The notes beneath the pieces are model-generated. The model made no database searches and had not been told where the DNA came from. It worked only from the letters and a program-made list of their open reading frames with translations. From positions 8,787-72,786 of IMG/VR virus record IMGVR_UViG_3300031553_000354: DNA of 64,000 bases, one strand, 5' to 3'. A program made the position numbers and the translations under genes. Of this stretch, positions 18,922 to 28,898 are shown one piece after another. This DNA is from a virus. Each line of letters starts with the position of its first letter. The stretch's first letter is position 1.

Positions 18922-20232
18922 ATGTCCTTACTCGATTTCCCAGGAAATAGATCAAGAAATATTCCTGCACGGCGAAGGCCAGATAAATATGCGGAAAGTC
19001 AGATACGTCCGAATATTTTGACTTCGCCTGGAATTTTTGCTGATCGCCCATTCCCTCCTTACAAATATCTGCCTGTGATGTTTAAAGACGTCACGACCGA
19101 AGATTATGTTGCAATACTCAAAGGAACTATTGTTTCTTGTTTGTCCAACATGAGTTCGGATCCGAAGTATAATTTTACGGATGAGGCGGGTTTGTCAGGG
19201 AAATTTGATCTCATGACACCATCTGGCTGTGCCGATGAAGGCCATATTTATACAGGCCTTGGTGCAAACAATGTCATGAGGCAAGCAGGCGTAGATAGTT
19301 CTTACTGGGGCTATGAGGACAGCATGGCTGGTTTACTCGTTCCTTGTAATGGAGGATTCAATTCCCAAACAGCGTATACTGCTGATGACGTTTTGGCCAC
19401 AAGTATTAATGTTTCTGGTACTGTGATCACCACGGTTAATGTCGCCGCTGAATATACACTTCCTTTGGAAGCCAATTTCCCAATCGGTGTTACATATCAG
19501 GATGTGTACGCAGATATTGATGGAAAATGGTTGAATTATGATTTGAATCCGAAATCAAATTGGGGCGTTGTATTCGATCATGTTATCTCAATTCCCTATG
19601 TGGATAACTATCAATTGATTCATGGTGAAGGCGCGAAGCCATCTTGGACCAGAAATTGCTATGTGAATGACCAGAATTTCGATGGATCATGGCCATGGCA
19701 AACTGATGCAGCAAATCCAACTTTGCATAATATCTATGAAAGTCTCAGACGGGAATTTGCATTCCTGTATTCTCCCCTTTTGAGTGACTACTTGCAGACT
19801 GATGATGCAGCGGAAACGGCATTGCTTTATAAGATGCTGCGTCCGGGAAGCGCATTGACCTCTGATAGATTTGGAAAGTTTGTCCTATTGGACTGTTATG
19901 GTACAGATGACGTTTCACGTACAGAAAGAGGTCCAAGGCCAGCCTTAGATTTTTATTTCTGTCCGCCTTATCACTTTGTTGGAAAGCTTATCACTACCGA
20001 TTGTAAATTTCCTAAATCCAGGTTGGATACTGTAGATACATATCCAGGTTCTGGCTTGACGGGAACTGAAACCGGTGGAATAGATTATCATCTATATCAA
20101 TTTGCATATACTATACTGACTGCGTGCATCTCTGCTAATAGTTTGAGTGAATCTCCGACTATTGAAGATGTCGTAAATTTCATAAAATGCGGTACTGTAG
20201 GCATGGCCTACATTAACCTTCAAGTAGCTTAA
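18922..20232 (+). CDS. Capsid-associated structural protein (decoration/minor capsid)
   Basis: Lies between protease and MCP; strong AGGAGG SD; PIGV motif seen in decoration-type proteins; inference. Confidence 0.5.
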   Translation: MSLLDFPGNRSRNIPARRRPDKYAESQIRPNILTSPGIFADRPFPPYKYLPVMFKDVTTEDYVAILKGTIVSCLSNMSSDPKYNFTDEAGLSGKFDLMTPSGCADEGHIYTGLGANNVMRQAGVDSSYWGYEDSMAGLLVPCNGGFNSQTAYTADDVLATSINVSGTVITTVNVAAEYTLPLEANFPIGVTYQDVYADIDGKWLNYDLNPKSNWGVVFDHVISIPYVDNYQLIHGEGAKPSWTRNCYVNDQNFDGSWPWQTDAANPTLHNIYESLRREFAFLYSPLLSDYLQTDDAAETALLYKMLRPGSALTSDRFGKFVLLDCYGTDDVSRTERGPRPALDFYFCPPYHFVGKLITTDCKFPKSRLDTVDTYPGSGLTGTETGGIDYHLYQFAYTILTACISANSLSESPTIEDVVNFIKCGTVGMAYINLQVA

Positions 20233-20246
20233 GGAGGCTAGCAATA

Positions 20247-21620
20247 ATGTCCATAAAGACATTAGATAAATTGATCCTTACTGACGATGAACGGAAACTG
20301 CTTGCCAAGGATCAAGAGATTACGGAGAATATATATCGCATCTTTACAAATGATGGATATATAGTTGATGCTGGCTTCTCTCAGAAGGTTACGATCAAAG
20401 ACCTTTTGACATTACCGGATGTCCAAAGGTTCGTACCTCAAGTTGTTATCAGAATTCTTCACGAAGCTCGGGAACCCGCGCTTGTTATTTCGACTATATT
20501 TGATAGGGTTCGACTTGAGAGAGGTCAGACTATTCAAATCGGAGCTATTGGCGCAATATCTGTTCACGAAGTGCCCGAAGGTGGAGAATACCAGCCATCT
20601 GATATCGTATATGACTCCGGGAATATGGTAGGACTTTCTGTCAGAAAATATGGAACTTTACTCCAGTTTACTGAGGAAATGTTCGAAGATTCCCAATGGG
20701 ATGTCATAGGACTTTGGTTGAGGGCAGCTGGTCGTGCTTTTGCTCGGAATAGAGAACAAAGGGCGTCTCTGCTTTTGAATGAACAGGGAGTTGTATATTT
20801 CGATAATCGCACACCTGGTACTGCTATTTCAGGCGTGACCCACGGTAGAAATATTGCGGGTGTCGCAAATGGTAGTGTTACAGCGAACGATGTATTCGAT
20901 ATGTATGCATTTCTTGCTATGAGAGGCTTTGTACCTGATACTCTTCTGATTCATCCGTTGGCTTGGGCGGTTTTCGCAACCGATCCTGAAATGAAAGAAG
21001 TGGTCCTGGAAAATGGACGGCTTACTTCTAGAAGGATGCCAGAAGGTGGACCAGATCCGGGTTGGGGAACAGAGTTGAATAAGCTTGGATGGAGAACCAC
21101 AGCCGAAGGTCTTGGTTTAGGTTCTACCACCGGAGCAGGCATTGCATATGCGGGTGCGCCCGCTGCTGCTAATGTTCCCCCAGGCCTTGCAGCGCTAGGA
21201 AAGATTGGATCTTATCCATATACTGCAAATTTAAGTGCCCTTGGGGCCACATTCAATGTCCAACCCCGCTATCTGCCCGGTCCTTTGACCGTTCTTGTAT
21301 CTCCATTTGTTCCGTTTACTGCATCGATCAGCGCAACTGGTAATGAGAATACTGTTCCTACATGTTCGCTGATCATGTTGGATTCCAGCGCAGTTGGCGC
21401 TTTCATCGAAAAAACTCCATTGACCACTGAAGAATTCAACGACCCATTGAGAGATACCCGGAGCATGAAGCTAAGAGAACGTTGGGGATTGGCACTCTAT
21501 GAGCAAGGTAAAGGCGTCGTGATTGCTAAGAATGTTGTTGTTACTAGACATTATAACTTCCAAAATACACATAATGTGACTTTGGGTGAAATCAACGACA
21601 GAACTGCAATCGTGTCATAA
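20247..21620 (+). CDS. Major capsid protein (HK97 fold)
   Basis: EVPEGGEY, KYGTLLQFTEEMFEDSQWDVI, PDTLLIHP, KLRERWG motifs; position; AAGGAGG SD. Confidence 0.9.
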   Translation: MSIKTLDKLILTDDERKLLAKDQEITENIYRIFTNDGYIVDAGFSQKVTIKDLLTLPDVQRFVPQVVIRILHEAREPALVISTIFDRVRLERGQTIQIGAIGAISVHEVPEGGEYQPSDIVYDSGNMVGLSVRKYGTLLQFTEEMFEDSQWDVIGLWLRAAGRAFARNREQRASLLLNEQGVVYFDNRTPGTAISGVTHGRNIAGVANGSVTANDVFDMYAFLAMRGFVPDTLLIHPLAWAVFATDPEMKEVVLENGRLTSRRMPEGGPDPGWGTELNKLGWRTTAEGLGLGSTTGAGIAYAGAPAAANVPPGLAALGKIGSYPYTANLSALGATFNVQPRYLPGPLTVLVSPFVPFTASISATGNENTVPTCSLIMLDSSAVGAFIEKTPLTTEEFNDPLRDTRSMKLRERWGLALYEQGKGVVIAKNVVVTRHYNFQNTHNVTLGEINDRTAIVS

Positions 21621-21634
21621 CCATAATGGTAATT

Positions 21635-21666
21635 GGGAGCGGGTTAATCAATACTCGCTCCCTCTT
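21635..21666 (+). terminator. Stem-loop after the MCP gene (likely intrinsic terminator)
   Basis: GGGAGCGGGT / ACTCGCTCCC stem followed by TCTT. Confidence 0.65.
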
Positions 21667-21695
21667 ATCAATAAAATGACTGGAGGAAAATAATT

Positions 21696-22163
21696 ATGGC
21701 GGAAGATATGAAACTTCAAGGAAAAACTATTCAGCTTAATACCCGGCGAGAAGGAACATTCTATGATCCCTTATCAGGAATTCAATTGGATATTTTTGAC
21801 AAAGGGACATATAAAACAATTCCTGAAGATATGGAAGAGGAAAAATTAGAAAATATTGAACGAGGACTACAGTTTGGTATTCTATTCTTAAGAGAAAATG
21901 CACCAAAAGTTGTTATTGAAGATGATGAAAAAAGGAAGCAACTGAGAGAAACGTTAACAATGAGCGTAGATGCAGTAAGGAATAGAATATATAAAATTAA
22001 TGATCAGAAACTTTTGGATTTCTTGATGCAAGAAGAAGAAGCCAATAAAAATAGAGTTTCCATCACTAAATTAATAAGACACAGGAAACAAACTTTGGCT
22101 GGTGGAAATATAACAAGCAGGAAAGAAGCAAAATTCCAAGTTAATAATATCGTAGAGAAATAA
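21696..22163 (+). CDS. Hypothetical head-associated protein
   Basis: 155 aa, GGAGG SD, follows MCP. Confidence 0.65.
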   Translation: MAEDMKLQGKTIQLNTRREGTFYDPLSGIQLDIFDKGTYKTIPEDMEEEKLENIERGLQFGILFLRENAPKVVIEDDEKRKQLRETLTMSVDAVRNRIYKINDQKLLDFLMQEEEANKNRVSITKLIRHRKQTLAGGNITSRKEAKFQVNNIVEK

Positions 22164-22168
22164 AAAAT

Positions 22169-23029
22169 ATGACCGAAGTATTATCCACGGCCCCAAGTGC
22201 TGGTGAAATAGATGTCCCATTAACTCAAATTGTCGAAATAAAATTCGACGAACCAATGGATCCGTCAACCATAAATGAATTGACGATCTTATTATATTAT
22301 GGGGATAATCTGGTTGTTCCCAGCGTAGTCAATTATTCAGGTTCCACAAAAATTGCATATTTGACACCATCAACATATTTACTTCCGAGTACGGAATATG
22401 GTGTGATGATAATTGGGGACTTTGGAGGATTAGGTTCCGGCGTTAGATCGATAGCGGGAGTTGGATTAGCTTCCAACTATTTATTTTCATTTACTACTGC
22501 TCCCGAATTGCCGGAAACTTCGGGTTTATATGTTGCAAATGTCGAATGTTGGATTGATACAACTGGCGTATATGGCACAGGATTATCTTGTAATCCGACT
22601 GATGGTTTATTTGATTCGGATTGGGAAAATTTTTATGCAAATATTGATATTTCCCCATTGGGCATTGGCGACCATTTAGTTTACGTTCATGGTCAAGATT
22701 CGTTTGCCAATTGGGGAATGATGCAATCAATTCCGTTCACGGCAACATCTGGAAGTTATCAAAGTAGTCATACTCAAACGGATTATGATCCTAATTATGA
22801 AGGGCCATTTGTATTTGGATTAACTGTGACGCCGACTCCTACGGCTGGTGCACCAACGCTCAGTCTTGTTGGAACTGCTACCACAAGGACGGCCTATTGG
22901 GAACCTCCAGTAGAGCCAGAAACTGAACGAAGTGGATATTTACAAATACAATCTGTAAGTCCAGAAGAATACGATAGCCAAGTTTCACCATATGTTTCAA
23001 TAACAATTATATTCAGTGATAATTTGTAA
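22169..23029 (+). CDS. Ig-like (Big_5-type) virion protein
   Basis: VLSTAP...VEIKFDEPMDPSTI...YLTPSTYL...YLFSFTT; ends with the start of a second Ig domain. Confidence 0.75.
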   Translation: MTEVLSTAPSAGEIDVPLTQIVEIKFDEPMDPSTINELTILLYYGDNLVVPSVVNYSGSTKIAYLTPSTYLLPSTEYGVMIIGDFGGLGSGVRSIAGVGLASNYLFSFTTAPELPETSGLYVANVECWIDTTGVYGTGLSCNPTDGLFDSDWENFYANIDISPLGIGDHLVYVHGQDSFANWGMMQSIPFTATSGSYQSSHTQTDYDPNYEGPFVFGLTVTPTPTAGAPTLSLVGTATTRTAYWEPPVEPETERSGYLQIQSVSPEEYDSQVSPYVSITIIFSDNL

Positions 23030-23031
23030 TC

Positions 23032-23358
23032 ATGAATAATAACGAATTAGATGTAATTTTATCGAAGCTTAATGATCTTAAGGATTATACGACCGAAAAG
23101 ATCGATCAACTTAAAGAATTTTATACAGATGCCAGACTTAACATGCGAGGGGACATTGCAGAGATTAAAAAATCCAATGATGACTTATCAGAACAATTGA
23201 ATACATATATGTTTAATCATCAGAAGCATCACAATAAAATTCTTAAATGGCAAACTAAAATTATAATTGCCATTGCCATAATTGGATTTCTTGCGTCAAT
23301 TGGAAATCCTTATGTATTGCCAATAATTATGAAACTTATTTTTGGAATAGCAATATAA
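23032..23358 (+). CDS. Coiled-coil protein with C-terminal transmembrane segment (holin/XhlA-like architecture)
   Basis: N-terminal heptads; IIIAIAIIGFLASIG...LPIIMKLIFGIAI. Confidence 0.5.
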   Translation: MNNNELDVILSKLNDLKDYTTEKIDQLKEFYTDARLNMRGDIAEIKKSNDDLSEQLNTYMFNHQKHHNKILKWQTKIIIAIAIIGFLASIGNPYVLPIIMKLIFGIAI

Positions 23359-23363
23359 TATCT

Positions 23364-24119
23364 ATGAATTACCAAGATTATATATCAATCAAACAGTATG
23401 GTGTTTTGACGGGAATTTATGAGAATGATGTTTCCGGAACATTTTCCCTCGTTGGAAGCATTGTCACATTTACACCTGCTTGCCCGTGGTCATATAATAA
23501 AGAAATACACATTATTGTTGAAGCGGGTTTAGAAGGCGCAAGTACAAATGCTTTGCAATCTGATTATGAAAGCATTTTTACCACCACATTCTATCCAATG
23601 TATTCCAGCGCCATACTTGTAAAAATGACTGGTGGCGCCTTGTTGGATTCTATGAAGGAAGATCCAATTAATAGACTCATCCTTGAGCATTCAATCATAA
23701 TGCAAAATTTGTGGTATGAGGATATTGATGATTGTGACATTCCCTGGTTTATTACTCGGTATATTACTTGTAAAGTTGCATATGAGATATTATCCGGAAA
23801 TATTCAGCAATATGTTGGAACTGCAATATCAAAACGGCTGGGCGATTTTGAAATTGAAGGAATTCGAGATGTGCCGGGTCTTGTCAGACCCAAATTGCAA
23901 GAATTAGATGCTTGTATTTCTTCAACTATGGCTTTTATCTTGAATCAGGGTAGTTTGCATGCTTCTCCAAAATGGAGCGCTAGGGCAAAACAGGCTCTTG
24001 AATCAACTGCACATCTCAATAGAGTTCCATTTAGACAGCCAAGTACAAGAGATATGAAAGATATTAGTTCAGAAAAATACTACACAGATGGTGCAGGTCC
24101 TAAGCGCCTGCGATTCTAA
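23364..24119 (+). CDS. Head-tail adaptor-like protein with an N-terminal partial Ig domain
   Basis: VSGTFS...VTFTP...YESIFTT Ig half; ITRYITC...SKRLGDFEI resembles adaptor motifs; position. Confidence 0.55.
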   Translation: MNYQDYISIKQYGVLTGIYENDVSGTFSLVGSIVTFTPACPWSYNKEIHIIVEAGLEGASTNALQSDYESIFTTTFYPMYSSAILVKMTGGALLDSMKEDPINRLILEHSIIMQNLWYEDIDDCDIPWFITRYITCKVAYEILSGNIQQYVGTAISKRLGDFEIEGIRDVPGLVRPKLQELDACISSTMAFILNQGSLHASPKWSARAKQALESTAHLNRVPFRQPSTRDMKDISSEKYYTDGAGPKRLRF

Positions 24120-24131
24120 GAAAGAAATAAT

Positions 24132-24644
24132 ATGTTTACAAGATATAGTTCACGATACCATCCATTTAAACAATTTAAAGCGGGATTAATCAATTTACGT
24201 GCTGAATTGAAGAAACTTTTTGAAATTGATAAAACTGCGCATTGGGTGATTTTAAGGCAATTTGATAAAACCAAGAAAACTGAACATTGGAATGAATTAA
24301 CTCAGGAAGCGGTTGGGGGTCCCGCATGGGAATATAGTGATCAGTTAATTCTTGCTAGGAAATCTTCGGGTAGGCAAGTTTTTTTCCCAGGAAGTCAAGA
24401 AGCATTCATTCCAATGGGATTAATGGATAACACTGGATATAGATTTTATTTGACTTCTGATATTATACCGCATTTGGATGATGTAATTTATGAAATTGAA
24501 TATCAAGGAAATAAAAAACCAACTATTATTGATTTACCATTTGTAGCTAAATGGAATATCATAACTATAGTACCTATGCGTGACCAGGAATATGGCCGCA
24601 TAGAATACTTTATATGTTTCGTAGAATCTGAAAAACATAAATAA
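24132..24644 (+). CDS. Head closure/neck protein (putative)
   Basis: Position; FYL...DVIYEI...GRIEY beta-rich pattern. Confidence 0.5.
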   Translation: MFTRYSSRYHPFKQFKAGLINLRAELKKLFEIDKTAHWVILRQFDKTKKTEHWNELTQEAVGGPAWEYSDQLILARKSSGRQVFFPGSQEAFIPMGLMDNTGYRFYLTSDIIPHLDDVIYEIEYQGNKKPTIIDLPFVAKWNIITIVPMRDQEYGRIEYFICFVESEKHK

Positions 24645-24660
24645 AAAAGGACTTTATCCT

Positions 24661-25353
24661 ATGAGTTATAGAGAATATTTATATAATTTTTTAGTTAAAC
24701 CGATATTATCAGACGAAGCTCTCACCACAACACAAGCTGCAAATATTATTGATCCGGGACGTTTGCGACTTGGTCAAAGTGGGGGAATTCATGATTTTTT
24801 TGCGATTTTCTATTCTATTATGAAACTAGATTCTCCAACTATTGTAACGTGCCCAGCATATCCGGACACGATTATACAGAATAAAAACTTTAATCCTAGT
24901 TTGGATAATCCGGTTCCAAAAATACCTGCAATGATCACTTGGAAAGTTGTTCGAAGGGCTCCTGCAGCGATCCGGGGGAAGCCATTCAATTCACAACGAC
25001 AAATGAGACCGCGGGTAATGGAAGAGATTGCAAAAAATGAAAGATATTCTTATATGTCATCTGTAATTCAAGATTTTGATAATATTGTGCAATTTGATTG
25101 CTGGGAAAAAACCCACTATCAAGCGGAAATTCTGGCTGATTACATTGAACATAGCATGGTTATTTATGCTCCACTATTCAAAGAATTTGGAGTCAAAGAA
25201 GTGTTTTTCAGTGAAAGGCCGGAAGATGAAATATTAAGAGATTTTAAAATTCCAGTAATCCCAATGCGCTACTACGTAAAAACTGAAACTATATATAAAT
25301 TAGAACAACATAAAATTGAAGAAGTAAGATTAAAATTAACTACCAATTCGTAA
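24661..25353 (+). CDS. Tail terminator/neck protein (putative)
   Basis: PAMITW...VQFDCW...AEILADYIE pattern; immediately precedes the sheath. Confidence 0.5.
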   Translation: MSYREYLYNFLVKPILSDEALTTTQAANIIDPGRLRLGQSGGIHDFFAIFYSIMKLDSPTIVTCPAYPDTIIQNKNFNPSLDNPVPKIPAMITWKVVRRAPAAIRGKPFNSQRQMRPRVMEEIAKNERYSYMSSVIQDFDNIVQFDCWEKTHYQAEILADYIEHSMVIYAPLFKEFGVKEVFFSERPEDEILRDFKIPVIPMRYYVKTETIYKLEQHKIEEVRLKLTTNS

Positions 25354-25369
25354 TAAGGAGGTTTGATTA

Positions 25370-28087
25370 ATGCCTTTTAACGATAGCTCGCTGAATCGAA
25401 TAGGTTCGAATCTAATCGATTTCAATCTTCGAGTTACTGCTCAGGCTGATATTGGAAAGAGTTTGTTGATTATCGGCACATCTAGCGATGGCCCAGTTAA
25501 TGTTCCAGTTAGAATAGCTGAAATAGGTGGACTAGGTGTCGCAGTTGATGTGTTTGGTGACGTTAGCAAAGGTTCTCTTTTACACACAGCCATGGAAGCT
25601 AATCGTGCGAACAGGCGCGCAAAAGATATCCGTCTCATGAGAATTAGTAATGGAAATCAAGCAGAATTATGCTTTAAGGAAGTTACTATTTCTGGTGAAT
25701 ATGGGACATCTCCTCCAGCGAAAAGTGTTGACGAGGAATCTTATTATTGCACATCAGTTCCAGCAATTCAAATGGTAGACGTGCTATGTTTAACTGCAAA
25801 ATATCCGGGCCAGATTTATAATCAGGTTTCGGTCAGAGCTGAAACAGGTGATGGCGATTTACATCCGGCATCTCAATATGTCGTGATTTATAATCCGAAA
25901 ACCGCGAAGGAATCTTGGTTTTCTTACAATTATGTGGATTTCGACGCAATTGTTGATTGCCACACCGTTGAAGATTTAGCTAGTGCTATTAATGCTGATT
26001 CGAATTTGAATAGCATAATTACAGCAACAGTTAAAGATCTGAGAGCAATTTTTGAGCTCACCGTTTCTGATCCAACTGACCCAGCAAACACCAGATGTGA
26101 TAGGGGCATTTCGTATGACAGTAATGGATATTTAAAGATTCAACTTAGCGAAATAACTCCAGTGTTTTATAATGACAATGCGAACTGTTGTATAGCGAAT
26201 GTTACCACCACTGGTGGAACATGCAACGTGCCTACGGCTGGTGATTTGATTGTGCAATTTAATGAGCTTTATGAGATTCGCGAATACAAAGAATCAAATA
26301 AAACGCTTAAAGGATTTACTAACTGCATTCTTGATCACATTCCTGTAAAAGGTGTTGCTACAATTCCAACAACTACTCTGATTAAATATCGGAGTCTTAC
26401 CGATAATGAATATGCAACTCCGCAAATTGTGTTGCATTATCGAGGAATTGTTATAGCAACTATAACTGATACGGGAACTTTGGCTTTTGAATTTGCATCT
26501 GAAATTTGTCCAGACGATGGTCGTGTAACTGACCTTTATTGTGATGCGACCGACAGCATGTATAGAATGAATCATGCACAAGTTGGTGCTGATCGCTCTA
26601 ATGTTCAATTGGATGATCTTCAAAGTTCATTTCATTTGTATGGAACAAAAAGTAGTTTGAAATATGAAATTCCATCTGGATATTACAAATGCGATTATGA
26701 TTATGCGAATGAAATAGTCACTGTGACTTTTTGTTCCGGAGACGTTTTGCCCGCAGTTGGAACTATATTAAGTTGCGATTATGATTCTTGTATCGAAGAT
26801 TTGTCGTCAGAAGCTGGTACTTTGACCGCTTGTTTGAACAGCAATGATTGGCACACATGGTTTGTGAGCGGAAAGACACTAACATTCGGTAAATCTCTTC
26901 CTGGAAATGCGTCTTTTAGATATAGATACAAAAATAAATTAGAAGAGGGAGCCGATTTTGTTATTACAAGTTCGACTGGAAGAAAGAATGACGTCATTCA
27001 ATTCACAAGTTTCGAAACTCAGCCAGATCTGAGTGGAGCTATGGACACTTCCGGAATATTGCTTGGATTTGATTATATTTATCTTCCGGAATGGATAGAT
27101 GTCGGCGCAGTTGAAACACTCACCGGTGGCACGAATGGAATCGATATGAACAATTTTGAGAAATATGAAGTTTTGAATGAAGCTCTTGAAGTTATTCAAG
27201 ATTATCCAGTGTCGTATATAGTTTTGGCTGGAATGTATTTCGATGATATCAAAACAGTATACGATCCGGAAACCGGCACACCATTGGAAACTAGTGCTGG
27301 ATTTCATACATTACTTCATAATCATCTTGAGGAATTAACAGGATCGACAAGCGAAACCATTGGAATTATGTCGGTTAAACCCGCTGATGGAAATACTCCT
27401 GCAGATATCAAAGCTTGGGTTGAAAAACTCACAGTAACAGATGCTAGTGATCCGAATCGGGCAGCTAATATCTTATCGAGCTTTGGAAGTAAATATATGA
27501 CCATTGTTGCTGGAGAATTAATTTTCTCCAATGAAGCGGCATATATTCCTTATGCAAATACTGCTGACGGCTTGTATGGAGGTTTGCTTTCTGCATTGCC
27601 AGTAAACACGGCTCCGAGCAATAAGACAGTATTTGGGGTAACAAATGTAAGATATTTGATGTCCGGCGGAGAAAATGGCCAATTGGATCGATTGACAAAA
27701 GCCAGATTGGTAACATTTAGACAAAAACAGGATGGCGATATTGCAATCGTTTCCGGAATTACTGCGGCACCATCAGGAAGTGATTACCAACGTGAAATGA
27801 CCAGAAACACCGTGTTTGAATCGATGGCATTGATCCGTGCGGTTTGCGAACCATTTTTGGGCGAAGGTAATAGTCCACAAATTCGAGCTGCTATGGAAAC
27901 TGCCATTAATTCAGCACTTCAAAAAATGGTTGAAATGAATCCCCCAGCTCTTAGAGAATATGATTTTACTATAAGATCTACCGCTGCTGATCAAGTATTA
28001 GGAATTTTAAACATTGATCTCGTGCTCGTTCCTGTGTTCGAGCTCAGAGAGATTCGCGTAACTGTAAAGTTGCAAACTGAATTATAA
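25370..28087 (+). CDS. Contractile tail sheath protein with a large insertion domain
   Basis: LLIIGTSSDGPVNVPV, LTAKYPG, LTGGTNG, C-terminal PFLGEGN...LVPVFELREIRVTV. Confidence 0.9.
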   Translation: MPFNDSSLNRIGSNLIDFNLRVTAQADIGKSLLIIGTSSDGPVNVPVRIAEIGGLGVAVDVFGDVSKGSLLHTAMEANRANRRAKDIRLMRISNGNQAELCFKEVTISGEYGTSPPAKSVDEESYYCTSVPAIQMVDVLCLTAKYPGQIYNQVSVRAETGDGDLHPASQYVVIYNPKTAKESWFSYNYVDFDAIVDCHTVEDLASAINADSNLNSIITATVKDLRAIFELTVSDPTDPANTRCDRGISYDSNGYLKIQLSEITPVFYNDNANCCIANVTTTGGTCNVPTAGDLIVQFNELYEIREYKESNKTLKGFTNCILDHIPVKGVATIPTTTLIKYRSLTDNEYATPQIVLHYRGIVIATITDTGTLAFEFASEICPDDGRVTDLYCDATDSMYRMNHAQVGADRSNVQLDDLQSSFHLYGTKSSLKYEIPSGYYKCDYDYANEIVTVTFCSGDVLPAVGTILSCDYDSCIEDLSSEAGTLTACLNSNDWHTWFVSGKTLTFGKSLPGNASFRYRYKNKLEEGADFVITSSTGRKNDVIQFTSFETQPDLSGAMDTSGILLGFDYIYLPEWIDVGAVETLTGGTNGIDMNNFEKYEVLNEALEVIQDYPVSYIVLAGMYFDDIKTVYDPETGTPLETSAGFHTLLHNHLEELTGSTSETIGIMSVKPADGNTPADIKAWVEKLTVTDASDPNRAANILSSFGSKYMTIVAGELIFSNEAAYIPYANTADGLYGGLLSALPVNTAPSNKTVFGVTNVRYLMSGGENGQLDRLTKARLVTFRQKQDGDIAIVSGITAAPSGSDYQREMTRNTVFESMALIRAVCEPFLGEGNSPQIRAAMETAINSALQKMVEMNPPALREYDFTIRSTAADQVLGILNIDLVLVPVFELREIRVTVKLQTEL

Positions 28088-28105
28088 TAAGGAGGTTAAT
28101 AAATT

Positions 28106-28759
28106 ATGCCAGTTGGATTAGAAACTAGTTCAGTAACACGCACATACACGACTTTCACGGGCGCGGATCTTAAAGCAGTCTTCCATAATATCGTAATTGC
28201 CGAACTCATCGGCATTTCCTATACTATTACTAGGGAAATTGCTCCTATCTATACCTGTGGCAATCCAGATCCCAGAAGCTTTAGCAAAGGCAAAAGGGGA
28301 ATAGCTGGAACTATGGTGATGCATAATTTTGATAGACATGCATTGCGGCGCATCATGGATAAAGCAATTTACGTAGCCAAAAATGACGATTTTCAGAGTA
28401 TAGGTTGGAAACCAGTAGATGAGATTAGCGGAGTTGCTGATGAAGGAAGATTGGGAGTCAGGCTTGCAAATCCAATATATGTTGATCAAATTCCGCCATT
28501 TGATATCACTATCACATATGTGAATGAAGTGGGACAAATGGCAACTGAGAGATTGCTGGCGGTGCAAATTCTGAATGAAGGTCATGGAATTTCTATTGAC
28601 GATTTAACGAATGAAACCAATATGACCTTTGTGTGCAGACACGTTCAGGGTATGATACCGGCGGAAACCGTTAGCCCGTCAACTCAAGACCTGGAAAGGC
28701 CTAATTACAGCCCTTGGGAAAATTTGGGAACTGAGGCATTTAAAGGTCCTGGAGCGTAA
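28106..28759 (+). CDS. Tail tube protein
   Basis: Directly after sheath; TFTGADL, ISYTITRE, GKRGIAGT, DQIPPFDI. Confidence 0.8.
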   Translation: MPVGLETSSVTRTYTTFTGADLKAVFHNIVIAELIGISYTITREIAPIYTCGNPDPRSFSKGKRGIAGTMVMHNFDRHALRRIMDKAIYVAKNDDFQSIGWKPVDEISGVADEGRLGVRLANPIYVDQIPPFDITITYVNEVGQMATERLLAVQILNEGHGISIDDLTNETNMTFVCRHVQGMIPAETVSPSTQDLERPNYSPWENLGTEAFKGPGA

Positions 28760-28765
28760 CTATTT

Positions 28766-28854
28766 GGAGGTATTGTGATAAAAAGAAGAAACATTTCATA
28801 GCCCTCCAGCCAAAGTTGCAGGGGGGGCTAATTTCCCACAGCCCCTCTGCAACT
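28766..28854 (+). terminator. Tandem hairpins after the tube gene
   Basis: GGAGG..TTGTGA/TCATAG..CCTCC (28766-28807) and AGTTGCAG..GGGGCT/AGCCCCTCTGCAACT (28814-28854); no clear U-tract. Confidence 0.5.
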
Positions 28855-28898
28855 GAAATAAAATTATGAAAAAAATGGTTTAAAAAATATAATAATTT

